Origin: Dimorphilus gyrociliatus
Lineage: Eukaryota; Animalia; Annelida
Reading direction: 5' to 3'
Assembly: GCA_904063045.1 (NCBI GenBank)
Contig: CAJFCJ010000027.1
Location: forward strand, 310,001-374,000
Length of the DNA: 64,000 nt
The position numbers and the translations under genes were made by a program. The notes under the pieces are model-generated. The model was given only the letters and a program-made list of their open reading frames with translations, made no database searches and was not told where the DNA came from. Of the stretch, positions 13,748 through 26,882 are shown piece by piece; position 1 is the stretch's first letter; each line of letters begins with the position of its first letter.

Positions 13748-14347
13748 ATAGCTGTATTGTACTGTACACACTGTATACCTTAAGCAATATACGGTTAAAG
13801 GTTAACGTTATTCCCTAGGTAGTAGAAACAAACTCAATGGGGTCTCCCGACATTATTATGTAATGTATGTAATTACAATTTTGTGAGACATATAAAGATA
13901 TTTGTTTACGTAAGATTAGTATATTGTTTGTCACATAATCAGAAAGAAAAATACATTTAATAATAAAAAATCGACCAAGAAATCAACGTTTAGTGAATAA
14001 TAAGAAGACTAGAAGGAAAATAAAACTCTGATAAAAAGAACTTTTATAGGAAATAGATAAGTAATAAAATACTAAAATTTCTAGGTTAGATGTTTATAAA
14101 ACGCAAAAGATAACAGACAACCCTGACGTAACATGTCTGTCCTTTAACATCCTGGAACATTTTTCAAGATAAATGCATATATATATATATACTGTACATT
14201 AGTGATATTTTATACTATATCTATATATGTATAAGAAGTTACATGACAAGCCAAATTGACCATTAACGTACCTTAAATTGCCATAGCAAATGAAAGTATT
14301 ATATATGTTTATATATATATATATATATATAGATATATATGCAAATT

Positions 14348-14384
<37 letters not shown>

Positions 14385-14678
14385 CTTTGTTAGTAAGTGT
14401 GTTTTATGTGTTTACGTAGAGTAAAGCAATAAATGAATTGAATAATCATTCAAACAGCCTAATTTTTACCGGAACTTAGGGAATAACGTTCAAGAACTCC
14501 TAGTTTTCATTCTATATAGTTGGGTGTGTTCGTTTGCTGTTATGTTTCCTTCTTAGATTTCTCTTTTTGACTTTTCTCTAAAAGTTTCGTCATTAAAGAT
14601 GTATTGCTAACTAAATAAATGATAGTTTGAATATTTTTGTTACTTAAAAAGAATGAGAGAAAAGTAATAAACTAATTG

Positions 14679-14713
14679 ACAAACAAACAAATAAACAAAC
14701 AAACAAACAAACA
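14679..14713. repeat. (CAAA)n tetranucleotide repeat
   Basis: acaaacaaacaaataaacaaacaaacaaacaaaca. Confidence 0.9.
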
Positions 14714-15130
14714 TTTAATATAAAGAGTTACAAATCTGTTGAAAGAAATTGAACTTATTAATGAATGAGATCAGAAATAGGACAACAATAATTATTATTC
14801 ATTTACTATTTTTTCATTAATATTATTATTTTATACGTAACGAACTATAATTACTTTGTCCAGCTATGTGGAGGAGAATACAAATAATTCAACAGTAGTT
14901 GAATAGCTGTTTATGACTAGTGCAAATAGGTAATAAGCCGTTTAACGCCATTACGAATCAATTGTATTATTTATATTGAAACGTTATTGTGAAAGCAAAA
15001 GTCGTTTCAGCTTGAACTCTCTGATCAGTTTTTACCGAAAAAAATAGGATTTTGTTGTTTATTTAAATATATGTTAATTTTTAAATATACCGTTCAAACG
15101 GGGTTGTTTCTCCATTAAAAATTGTTCACG

Positions 15131-16420
15131 ATGGCTATGCTACAACAGGTAAATTGATAATATAAGTTTGTTTAATTCAAGCTTTAATGTTTATTATTCG
15201 TAATGTTTACTATAGTTTGGTACTAATGGATTACAAGCTAAAAGCTTAATGCGCGAAAAACTTACTGAGAGAGCTAGACGACATAAATTAAATTCAACAG
15301 ATAAATCAGTTCAACATCTTAACAAATTCTATTTAGCTGCTATGTATAAGAATATGATTGTAAGTTATCATTAACTCTAATTATTCCCGAGATCAGTATA
15401 CTCTTTTATCATTGTACAAAGGATATAGATAAGACTAAAGGAAGATCGGAACATTCTCTACAAATGGAGAAAAGAGATTTTGTCTCGAAACGAAGAAAGT
15501 CTATGGGAACTGTATCGATAATTGACGAAGGAAAGCTAGTTAGCCATAATATGTCACCTGGTAAAAGTAAATGTGATGGTGCTCTTCAAACTATAATAGA
15601 AAGGCAAGCTCAACGAATCGTTTCTGTACTTCCCTACGAGACAAGATCAACTGAATTTTTCAAAAATGAGATTTTACCAAATCTTGGCATTTGTTTGTCA
15701 AAAAACCCAAAAAGTAGTAAAAAAAGACATAATTTACAAACAATTAATGAAGAAAGTGGCAATAATAAGGAAAAATCTATCACTTTACCACCAAAGAATA
15801 CTATTTTACCTCCAATTAAAACTTCTAAAACTTCCCCTACTGATCAGGAAAATAAAGAATCTGCCGAGGAAACCGCCAACATTGAAGAAACGAGTTCCAT
15901 TTTAAAGGAACAAAACTCTATTGAAACTAAGCAGCAACAAGTAAAAAGTAAAAAAGGAGATTTATCTCTAAAAGTTAACTTTGCAAGACGTCACGGTACA
16001 GTAAAGAATGAGTATATTGAAGAAGACACATACGTTACAGTTCCTCCAACTGCTTATTGGGAAGAAACTAATAGATCTCGCGAAATTGTAATGAAAAGTT
16101 CGGTTAATAATAGACTAAATATTGCTAAGGAGAAATGTTTAAAGAATATTTCGGAGGGAGACCTTCCACTTATGTTGGCATTAGATCAGGCTGAAGTAAA
16201 CGCTCTCGAAGAAAAGCAAAAAAAAATTATACTACAAAAACGCCTACTAGATTCAAGATCGAGATATAAACAATGTCAAGTATCCGTAAAGGATTGGATG
16301 AGGAAATGGGATACTGACCAGAGAAAAGCGGAAGTACTTAAATCTTTAAAAGAAAAGGAGGAGAAAACAAGAAAGGAAGAAGAACTGAAAAAGAAAAATA
16401 AAAAAAGAGGATTACGTTGA
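15131..16420 (+). CDS. Uncharacterised basic/charged protein with a C-terminal coiled coil, 3 exons, 386 aa
   Basis: Exons 15131-15148, 15216-15359 and 15422-16420 are all phase 0 and GT-AG, total 1161 nt. They extend the 318-aa ORF to MAMLQQFGTNG... The C-terminus is K/E-rich and helical. Confidence 0.75.
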
Positions 16421-16663
16421 TGTTCTCTTTTTCCTAATGTATCATTGTTCTTTTCAATCTGTAATTTTTCTACTTTTTATATTGACTATGTAATGTTTTA
16501 TAGCAAAGAAAAACAAAGAGATAAATCGTTTATTTCAAAAATTCAATACTCGTTCAAATTGTTTGAACGGAAATGAGAATTAATTTGCTATTTTCAATAT
16601 TAATCGTAAGAATAAATACAAATAAATAGAAGAAATAACTGAAGTATAGTGTATACTGTATGC

Positions 16664-16666
<3 letters not shown>

Positions 16667-16732
<66 letters not shown>
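16667..16732. repeat. (TA)n microsatellite, the longest pure run in the window
   Basis: About 33 TA units. Confidence 0.95.
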
Positions 16733-16734
<2 letters not shown>

Positions 16735-17332
16735 AGGTTAATCTTCCTATTTCATTTAATTCTACTATCTTTAATTGTTACCTTTATTTATATGTCAATT
16801 TTGTATCATATTCCTTTACTTAGATTACATCATTTCTGTTTTTCTTCTTTTACAGCTTAAGATAGAATCCAGAAATATAATATAAAAACTGAAGAAGAAG
16901 AAGACTACTGTTACATATAAAGTATAATCTCTCCAGTATTTTATAATAATTCTATCCTTGTCTTGATTATTTTATAATAGGTATAGATATATTAGTATGT
17001 ATATATATATAGAAGAAAAACTAGGATACGTAGGTGGTATTCTATTGAAATTCATAAAATATTAAATATAATATCTCTAACAAAAGTCAAGTAGTTGATA
17101 AATTATTCAGCATCTTTTAATAAATTGATCATTTCTACGAAAAATGGCTCGTTACCACACGAATAGTGATATTTAATATCATTATTATCCTAATATAATT
17201 GATAAAATAACCTTGTCATTGACATATATTTCCTTTATTATCTTAAATTCAAGCAAATGGTCCAAGTTAAGCAATGGTAAACAAGGATAAATTGCTCCAC
17301 CATTGCACTTGACATCCCTTTATATATCCTAG

Positions 17333-17380
<48 letters not shown>

Positions 17381-17956
17381 TAGAATTTTCTTATTATCAG
17401 TTATTTGACCTTTTTTCATCAAAATAGAGTATTTCTTTATTCATACTGAATTGCACACTTCCCGGTTCAACAAAGATCACTTTAAAATCTTTTAAATAAA
17501 TAAGGGCTATATAGTGAAAGAAGTGTCAACTCTCCATCTCTAATCAATAAGTATTCTGAAAAGAGAACCTTAAATACCAAAAGTAATAGAGTTAATAATA
17601 AATATTAAGTTCTACTAGAGGAAAAGAGATAATAGGGTGAAAAAATGTGATGATATAAAAATATCTCTTCTGTTAAAAGGTAAGAGATTTTCTTTTATTC
17701 ATCAATTTAAAACTATAAATAAATAGTAGCCATTTATTTTTAGTTGCAAATTGAAGTCTCGAGAAGTCGAGTCCTTGTAGAAAGATCAAATTTAGTAGAC
17801 GATTAAGCGTCTAATGCCTCAAAAACAGAAAAAAATTATAAATATAGACTTCTATTTATATTATATTAATGATATATCTTTAAATTTTCGAATATACGGA
17901 AAATATTTTCTGGAAAACTAATCATCTTAGTCTACCTGTAGGATTCAGTTACTATT

Positions 17957-17970
17957 CAGCGCCCTCTATA
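17957..17970 (-). promoter_or_regulatory. CTCF-like motif
   Basis: The reverse complement is TATAGAGGGCGCTG, which contains the core YAGRKGGCR. Confidence 0.6.
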
Positions 17971-19156
17971 TTTCAAGATTAAAACGATCAACGGTTATTA
18001 TATTCCACAAGTAGTTTTACTAAAACTAAAGTACAAACAGTATTTTTAATAAATAATATACCTTATTGGCTGTCATAGTATACAATCGGGTAGATTTTGA
18101 CGACAATTCATACTTAATACTATCCTCAGTTTACTCTTCTAAAGACAACATATAATAAGATTACTAACTTGAATAGACTCGTATTTGACAAAGTTTGCTA
18201 TATTTCCAGTATAGCTGTTCCCCTAAATAGACTATTTAAAGTATAACTTTGTCTAAAAGAGAACTTGAACTATTTCATTGAATTGATGCTTTCTTTCTTT
18301 ATCTAAATAAATAAGGTTATAAGAAAGAGAAGCGTTATTGCAATTTATGAAAAATTAAAGAGGAATGGATTACATAAGTAAATACCACTGGAAATTTATC
18401 GTAAGATTCTCTACTCTATTTAACCTTTTTTAATATTAAATTTACGATTTAAGTGGCAAATATGAAAAAATCTTACTCCACTCTACTATATTCACGGTTA
18501 ATGTCGCCTTTCTTTATCAGCTCAGGCCTGCTATAGAATAGGAAGTCCATTATTACCAATTTTATTCACTCCCATGGATGGCTAACATGAACAAAGGCTT
18601 AAGCCTATTTAAGGCCCCGCAATCTTTATTAAAAACTGGGTGTCATAAACTACATAGCTGTTTACCTAGTAGTAGTTCCTATGTAAGTATATGATTTGCA
18701 TTGAAATATTATATTTAACTGTAACTAATATTAAGATATTAACTAATTCAGATTGTTCTATAAAGTTATAAATTGATGTATACATTTTATTTACTTCGGA
18801 GGTTCAAGTAAGGATATTAATTAGTGCTTAGTTAGACAAAATAGTTGTTCTAATAGTTATAACTAACTAGTACTGCCGTAAAAGTAATCGTTAGTTGTTT
18901 TTATTAAAAGAAAAGAAGTGTTTTATTTATAAAATGATAGTCATTTTATAATATTAAATTGTCTATTTCTTAAAAAATTTAAAGCTATTATCCACCTTGC
19001 ATTAAAAGCGCTGCCATACAAATAAATTTTAAAGTTTCACTATGAATCTATTTTAAAACGAACTTTGCTATTCATAAATTAGAAGCTATAACAATATATT
19101 TAACAAAAAACATATAATCATTCAATTGTTTTGTTTCTTTTTTCAGCTATCTAAAA

Positions 19157-20430
19157 ATGATAAAAAAAGTCAAATTTTGTCTCTTTCTCAGTGTATTAGC
19201 TTTTATGTGTTTTATAAGTGCCTACCGATTTAGAACAAAGGATAAAGTTGTAGTCGAAACTAAGGTGTATCCTGAAAGCTTTTCAGAAGAAAGAAAGTAT
19301 ATACCTCCGAATGAAAAAGAGGCCAATTATAGATATGTTGTTTATGAGTGTACAGGATGGTGTACAGGATGGGGAAACAGATTATATGGAGTTTTTGCAG
19401 CCTATTATTTAGCAATAATATCAAATAGAGCATTTCGTATCCATATGAAATTACCTTGCCACTTGGATAACTTTTTAACGCCTAATCGAGTAACTTGGAA
19501 TAAGAAATATCCTCCTGTTGATAAATTTATTACCAAGCATATACCAGATATGACATATTACGAATTAAAAAATTTATATACATCACTACTGAGTGACAAT
19601 ATTAAAGTCATTTCTTACAGGCATCATTCGAGTAAAATAATCAATTTTTTAGCTAATCAAAAAGCGTTCCGTCAACTCTTTCTAAATTTGGGTTATAGAG
19701 ATGAAGAATTGAATGGTTTTAGTACCCATTCAATACCTTTCAAGGTAAACTATTACAGAAGCGCGTTAAAATTACCAATATTTTATTTTTATTCTGTTTT
19801 TTTTTCGTTTCTTTTCCCTTCAAGTACAATATATTCGATGTGCTATTTACCTTGAATACGGAACTAAGGGAGGATAAGGAAAGACTAACTAGCGGTAAAA
19901 ATTTACTGTGCGCTCATGTGAGACATGCCGAAACTGGAGAAAAGCCAAAAGCTTATCATCTAGAAGCCAGAAACAATACTCAGTTTGTGTGGCAGAATCT
20001 TCAGAATTTATTAAAACAGAATAGATATAAAAATCATTATATATATATTGCAACCGATTCGGCAAAAGTCGCTCGTCAGAGCTTAAAAATCTTCAACAGA
20101 AAGCTAATCCAGGCCAAAGGCTCTTTAACTAATATACAAAGATGGTCTAAAAATGGAAAAACACCTGAAGTTTCAGACGCCTGCAATGGTCTTCGAAGAG
20201 TTATATTGGATTGGAAAATCCTATCTGAATGTCGTCTGGTCATTAGATCACCCGGTGGTAGTACTTTTTCTGGTTCAGCAGTCTCAATGAGTATTAATAA
20301 AGAGTCTTACCATATTTATGGTAAACCGAAAAGGCTTGTAAGCCTTGGAAGACGCTTTCATATCATAGCAAATACTAATAAATATCCACTTCTCAAGTGT
20401 AGTTTCAAGGAAAAGGATAGATGCATATAG
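19157..20430 (+). CDS. Type II membrane GT-B fucosyltransferase-like protein (alpha-1,6-FucT/NodZ/O-FucT superfamily), 2 exons, 397 aa
   Basis: Exon 19157-19744 (AAG|GTAAAC) and exon 19825-20430 (polypyrimidine CAAG|TAC) join the two track ORFs in frame. N-terminal signal anchor. Motifs CTGWGNRLYG, AHVRH (motif I), YIATDS (motif II) and DWKILSEC...STFS. Confidence 0.85.
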
Positions 20431-20533
20431 TAAAATTTTGTAACCTTTTCTCTATTGCTGTAATGGATCATAATATATTATCATTTTAAGATATTAGTAA
20501 TATTAAATTATTTTGATCAGATTATTTTAACCT

Positions 20534-20550
20534 GTGCTGCCCTCTACCGC
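20534..20550 (-). promoter_or_regulatory. CTCF-like motif
   Basis: The reverse complement is GCGGTAGAGGGCAGCAC, about 100 bp after the fucosyltransferase-like stop codon. Confidence 0.6.
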
Positions 20551-22154
20551 TAAATATCAATATATTTTATTTGAGCGTGTTTTTTACGATAAAGAGTAAA
20601 AGTTAAAAATCGTTGATATCAAATTTAACATTGCCTGAATTTGACTTTAATTCTATATGTATTATTAGTTGTTGCAGTCAGATTAATGTATATATACTGT
20701 ATATATATGTATACTTTATACTGTAAATATTCGTATGTACAGTAAATACTCAACAAGTCTCTTTCCTGCCCAACATTTCTTTTCTATCAAAGGTATTTTT
20801 AAACAATTCGATAACCGAAGAAAAGAACATGTTATCAAAAGAATGTATTAATATTCGTGTTCATATTACATAAATATAGAGCGAACATGTTAGCCCTATT
20901 CTTCGAAACTAAATATATTATACGATAGAATAGGATTATATTTTAAGGTGCTTTTAATGACACCTTGAATAGAGTGGAAAGCTTATGATACACTTCTAAG
21001 AATAGTCTATTCTTTAAGCCATACTTTCAATTTTCTTCAATATTTCTACGTATTCAGTGAAAATTATTTATTTACTTAATTTACATATAATTCTATTACT
21101 AGTATACAGCATATAAGTATGAATACATGTAATCTACAACTACACCGAGCTAAAGAACAATTGCTGCACTCTTCTCACAAAGATTTAGCTACTTTTTCAA
21201 AGTTATTTTAGTTACATTTCGGCTTTTTTGGCGTAATTTATATTTGCTGAACGTACTAAAGAAAAAGTGTAATTGAAAGTTTCAAGAGAGTGAAAGCGAG
21301 ATTTCTATATCAAATTTATTCAAATATTTCGTAAGTAAAAAGAAAATATATACATCTATATAAGTTTATTTTGTGTAGAACTAGCTCCATTTTTGTATAT
21401 ATCTTTGTGATAAAAAGGTGAGATATAAACTAAAGAGATTTTATTCAATATTTGTTGTACTTCTTAGAATGATAATTATCGTATAATACAACATAAAAAG
21501 TTTATTTTAGATAGTAAAAAACACAAAATACAGTAAGAATCAAATTTTATAAATGCTAGGAATATACGTATTTTTGTATTAAAATAACTCGAAAGTCTAT
21601 TCAACGTTCAAGAGGATAAGGAAGCATCTATACAACTTAAATGTGTAAGGAATATCACATCGCGAAGAGCTGTCAAGTTTTATATACTCTCTCAGAATTA
21701 AAAATACATGGACGTTTTTGTTGATTTAGATATAACTACCTAACAGTAAATTTGTTCAAGATCAAGACTGTCAATAGTATAGGCCGTAAGTTATATATGT
21801 TAACGATTCCTGTAGAATATTCTCATACTTGAGGTATTAAGACTCTAAAAAGAATTAAGGCTATATAACATTTTATGCTCTTATAATATTGAGAAATTCG
21901 AAGGAAATGCCGTTTATTTCATTCATGAACGATCCTTTCATTTATAGTAAGTGGGAAGTTTAACTTTTTCTTACCAATGAAAAAGCTGAACATTTCAATT
22001 TTTTCAATATATTACTATATACAGTATATTAAGCAGAGTTAACAGATTTATTTTATCTTTAAACTGTGATACAGCTGTACTGGATATAATTGAGATTAAC
22101 GAAAACAAATAATCACTCTATATCTCTCTGGTTAAAGGTACGGACAAAAAGGAT

Positions 22155-22754
22155 ATGGCTGATCCTATTGAAAATCATGCATATTTACCTAGAAGTTCAC
22201 CAATTAGGAATTCGAAAATGGAAGATAATCTTGACAGTAGATGGATTAATAACATGAATGGAGTTGATAAGCAAATTTCAATAATTGAATGTATTGAAGA
22301 TTTTCTAAGAGCTGTCAATGAGATGGAAACGTGCATTTTGTACAAGTCACGTTTAAGAGAAATAGAAGTTGATCCAAAAATGGAAGAATGCTTAAATGAG
22401 GCATGCTCCCTCGTTAAATTACCTGTATCGAATTTTGAACCCACCACCCTACAGCCATATTATAAAATGGTAACAGATTTTAAGGAGAGTATACAAGGAG
22501 AAGTGGCAGAAGTACCAATCAAGGGAAATTCAATTAGTACATATCATTACTTTGAAAAGAAGACAAAAACTATCAAAGATAAATCATACAAAACTACAAC
22601 TCTAATTGAAAATTGTAGTAGTTGCTTTGATTTCATATCTGGTAAATTTAAAATATTGCTCAAAACATTTACTGAATTAGCCCGTTATATTCAAAGAGAG
22701 TATGAACATCATTTACAAAATTTACAAAAAGCACTATGCACTTTTCCTGGCTAA
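22155..22754 (+). CDS. MID1IP1: Spot14/MID1-interacting protein family member, intronless CDS, 199 aa
   Basis: SIIECIEDFLRAVNEMETCILYKSRLREI matches the Spot14 N-terminal helix pattern. The C-terminal LLKTFTELARYIQREYE matches the terminal zipper. Confidence 0.75.
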   Translation: MADPIENHAYLPRSSPIRNSKMEDNLDSRWINNMNGVDKQISIIECIEDFLRAVNEMETCILYKSRLREIEVDPKMEECLNEACSLVKLPVSNFEPTTLQPYYKMVTDFKESIQGEVAEVPIKGNSISTYHYFEKKTKTIKDKSYKTTTLIENCSSCFDFISGKFKILLKTFTELARYIQREYEHHLQNLQKALCTFPG

Positions 22755-23049
22755 TTAATTCTATCATTTAATGAAAACATGGAATAAGAGCATCAATTGG
22801 ACACAACTTAATTCATTTATCTTTATATAATATAAGACAAGCCACTATTCACTTATAACTTTTATTATTTAATCAAAAAGGACTAATAAAATAGTTCCAA
22901 CAGCAGAAGCTCACATAGTACAGTATATACTCTGTTCAGAAGTGTTTTGGAGCTTTTGTTCTCTTATTTATCATCCTTATAGTAAGAAGATGTATATAGC
23001 CTGCTATCAACCTTCTCCATTTTTTTAGGTTTGTTACTTAATAAATAGA

Positions 23050-23353
23050 TTAAATATATATATTACACTCAATAAAAGTTTTACAACAAACTCTTCGATC
23101 AGTAATATTTTGACGATAATCTGCAACGAAATGGTTAGCTGTAGTACAAACAAAAGAGAAATAATTAAGCCCTAGACGCTTTCATATACCAACACTTTCT
23201 GATATATTTTCTCCAAAAGACGTCTTCCCTAGAGCATGTTACTAAATATAGAGTTTTGCGTGTTAACGATAAATTAGCTAATTCTTCAATATTTAAATTT
23301 AGGCATATCAATTGGAGTATTTCGTTTGGTAAATCGCGCAAATGCAGCGCCAT
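23050..23353 (-). pseudogene. Truncated tandem paralogue of the FBXO31-like gene (F-box only, about 82 aa, or a pseudogene)
   Basis: F-box DLPNEILQLICLNLNIEELANLSLTRK...FWRK. A plausible 55-bp intron (23193-23139) leads to exon SNHFVADYRQNITDRRVCCKTFIE, which is similar to exon 2 of the neighbour. The frame stops at 23050, and there is no room for the rest before the convergent Spot14 gene. Confidence 0.6.
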
Positions 23354-23853
23354 ATTTCTATTTTGTTTGTTTCCTGCTATCCCTGAAAAAAGTAGGGTTT
23401 ACATTCGGTAGCGTACTCTAGCGGACTAGAAAATTTGCTGTTTTACTGATTTGAACTCAAAAAGGTCAAACTATAAGCCAAAAGAAAGTCTTAAGAGATA
23501 GTCTTTTTAAGAACTCATAAAACTATCGTCATCGAATATAAACAGAAAAGTTGATATAGTTTAATTGTTGTCATATTGACATATACTGTACATTATTATG
23601 AAAAAAGACAATGGAAGATAGAAAACAATAAATGAATAAACAAATTGATAAAATTAATCAGTAATAATTAACTAATTAACTAATCAACTCTAAAGGAAAA
23701 TAAGAAATTAGAGAAATTAAAAACAATTGAATGGTTGATGACGCATCAGTTTTGAATATTATATTAATGGATATTCTCCATAAAACTATTAAATAGAATT
23801 GAATAAAAGAAAAACAGAGTGTAGTATTTAAATATAGTTTTTTCATATCATTC

Positions 23854-25627
23854 TTACGTAATCTGCAATCTTTTATATAAAGATAAGTGACGTAATTCAG
23901 GCCACATAAAAGCAAAGTTATCGTTATCGAATATAATCCATTCTCCAGATATATAACGAGGATTGGAAAATGACGAACCAGCTACTTGACCAACACCTCT
24001 AAACCTTTTAAGAAATAATTGAAATTATTATTAATTTGTTAGTATTTATGATTAGTTTATTATCAAGTTTATTAATATACTAAACCGAAGAAAGCATGTC
24101 TCTGGCAATTCTGTAGACACGTTATCATTAAATTTATCTAGAAATTCTTTATTTATATTAAATTTCATTCCAATTGGTCGAGGCGTTGAATTATCAAATT
24201 TTGTATAAACTGGCGATGTTAAATTCATTTCATTCTCTATATTTAAATATCCTACAGAAAATTCTAATTTGGCTTTGAAAGTCTTTTGACCGGATGGAAC
24301 GTTGTCATCTCCCTATAAGTAAATACGAATAGAGTAAAGTAATATAGTACACATTTTAGGGTTTCGTTTACCGATATTTTAGTTCCAATTGCAGTAAACA
24401 AAGAATTTGATTTTTCGTAATGTAATTTTATTATTTCTGATCCATGAACCGAATACGTTCCAATAAAGGTTCCAGGTTTAATAAGTGCTTCAGGTATTTC
24501 TGTATTACATTCTGCGTATCCTTTTTCGTTTAAATCGAGCTTATCATACGCAATACCTGTCCTTTATAGATATATACTGAACAGAATCCATAGCGATACT
24601 CTAGACAATTGTCATACCTTAGCATTCTAGCGAAATTGTCGTGTCTCTTTTTAGACAGATGTACAAACTGAAAAAATTGCGGTGATATATATTCGTAATT
24701 GTTGAAATCATCGTAAACCATCTCAGAATCTCCTTCTAATTGAGATAATATCCATTCTCTTCCTGTGATGACTGTTGAGAGATCGTCCAAACCGATACTT
24801 TCCTTGATGATAAACCGATTATTCTCTACCTATAAATTACAATTGTTTAAATTATATTCACGTATTTAATACAAAAGGAGGTAAAAAGGAAAAAGAGGAG
24901 AGAGAGAGAGAAAGAGAGAGAGAGGAGGGGGAGAAGGTAGGGGGAAAAGAATATTTTACCGGATTAAGACTAAGATAAAGTTCCTTTCTGAAGGGATAAT
25001 GAATGCGTTTTGCTTCTAAATCAACTCTCCAAAGACATAGCAGAGTTGGTTTGGATTTAATATTGACTTTTGGCAGAACATAATAGCAATTAATAGCAAT
25101 TTCTTTATTATCAAACTAAAAAGAATAAAAAATTACAATATATCATATATATATAAATTTTATACATATATAGATATTCTAATAGAGATATACAAGTACC
25201 TTAATAACAACCATTCCACCAGTGGAAGGATTATCTGCAGCCCAAAATCCTAAATACTGACTATATTTATTCAAAACTGCAAAATAATTATTTATTAGAA
25301 TGTAAAATACAAGAGAGATAATTCTGAACAAACACTTAAAGACGTCTTTCAAACAGACTTCAGAGTTTATAATATTCTTTTGAAATGCTAATTATAATAG
25401 AAAAAATGTTAATAATTGATTATTATTGAATACTATCTACATATATTTACAATTATATATTTGATATTACCTATTTTTATCATTCTTTTCCAAAATGCTT
25501 TATCTTGACTCGACGTTAGAGTATAGAATTTTTTACATGTCTTTCCCACTTCGCTTAAAGACTTCAAGTCCAAATTTACAAAGATATTTTGTAAGATTTC
25601 AAATGGCAAATCACAAATATTCTCCAT
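23854..25627 (-). CDS. FBXO31: F-box protein, FBXO31-like, 7 exons, 355 aa
   Basis: Exons 25627-25471, 25387-25334, 25276-25200, 24829-24618, 24561-24372, 24312-24086, 24004-23854 total 1068 nt. N-terminal F-box. FBXO31-type motifs LIKPGTFIGTYSVHGSEI, GTKISGDDNVPSGQKT and GVGQVAG...FAFMWPELRHLSLYKR. Confidence 0.85.
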
Positions 25628-26022
25628 TATCGTTTAGAACTTATTCTTCTAACTACAATTCTTTTCAATTTTACTTTATGATAAAATATGTCTTTGCGAT
25701 TATTATTATTTAATTAACATGAAGTACAGTTTTTTATAAGATACAACAGTTTATAATTTAAAAAAGTCAGGCTTTTCATTCCATAATTAATTGGAAAGGA
25801 AACTGTCAACAAAAAATGGACACCGTAAACAGAAAATTTTAAATATTCTATAAAATGGAACGTATTTCGATACTGAAAAAGCACTATTTTAACTGTCGAA
25901 AGTGCATTTATGATACAATATATTAGCAAACATCAATGTTAAAAGCATGTGTAGTAGACTTAGAAGTTAATGGGAGAATTTCAATTTTCATAAGAAATTT
26001 ACGTATCTTTGTATTCGTATAA

Positions 26023-26086
26023 AAGAGATACCTTTCTAATATTTAAAGGATATTTTAAGAGATACCTTTCTAATATTTAAAGGATA
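26023..26086. repeat. Local tandem duplication of a 30-bp unit (period 34 bp)
   Basis: aagagatacctttctaatatttaaaggata occurs at 26023-26052 and again at 26057-26086. Confidence 0.9.
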
Positions 26087-26122
26087 AGAAAGGATTAAAA
26101 ATCTGTTTATTAAGAAATATAA

Positions 26123-26423
26123 TTAATCTTCATCAATACGATTAGTACAATTGACGTTAACAACTATTCCTTGAGATTCTCCTTCAATCGTTACCGAACC
26201 CAAAAGTTTAAATGGTGCACCATTAAACTTTTCTTGAAGTATTCTTAAAAGTGTATCATTTATCTTTTCCTCTATTTCTCTTATTTGATTATCGGAAATT
26301 GAACTGTAAAAAGAGCAGAACAAATTAAAATGATTGTATTTACAAATATAACAATGTATATTACTCTATTGTAACCCTACTGGAAGTAGTAGGTAAAGAA
26401 TTTTCTAGGCAGATTTTCTTCAT
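26123..26423 (-). CDS. Small uncharacterised protein, 2 coding exons, 79 aa
   Basis: Exon 26423-26365 (GA|GTAATA), a 61-bp intron, and exon 26303-26123 give MKKICLENSLPTTSSRVTIDSISDNQIREIEEKINDTLLRILQEKFNGAPFKLLGSVTIEGESQGIVVNVNCTNRIDED. It is divergent from the GCKIII gene. Confidence 0.5.
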
Positions 26424-26882
26424 GTCAAAATCCTTCAAAATTGATGTATATATCCTCTAGGAAGAGAGACAGAGACAGAGAGAGGGAAAGAGAGTGGTAA
26501 AAAAAAGTAAAAGTGCGAATACGAAAAGAAGAAATAAGCTAAATTGAGTATTGAGTGCTTTTAGTGCTAGTAAAGTCACTAATTAGTTTAAAGTATTGAT
26601 TGTTTGAGTAACTACTATACTGTTATTACTTGAAATATTCAAAAAGTTACCTATAATTGGTCAAAGTTATAATTTACACTCATTTCTCTATATCGTTCAA
26701 CCAATAAACTTGTTATTGGTCATAATAAGAAAATTGAACTGATTAAGATAATAAAGTATACTGTTTATCCCACTTTTGAAAGAGAGATAAGACTGAGTGA
26801 TACTTTTTCTTTAAATTCTATTATACTATACTATATTCTTGATATTTAATCACATACTAATACACTGAATGGTAGGCTAAAA

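Noticed and set aside
19745-19855. Overlap of ORFs 19157-19855 and 19840-20430, suggesting a programmed frameshift
   Set aside because: A canonical 80-bp GT-AG intron (19745-19824) joins them in frame.
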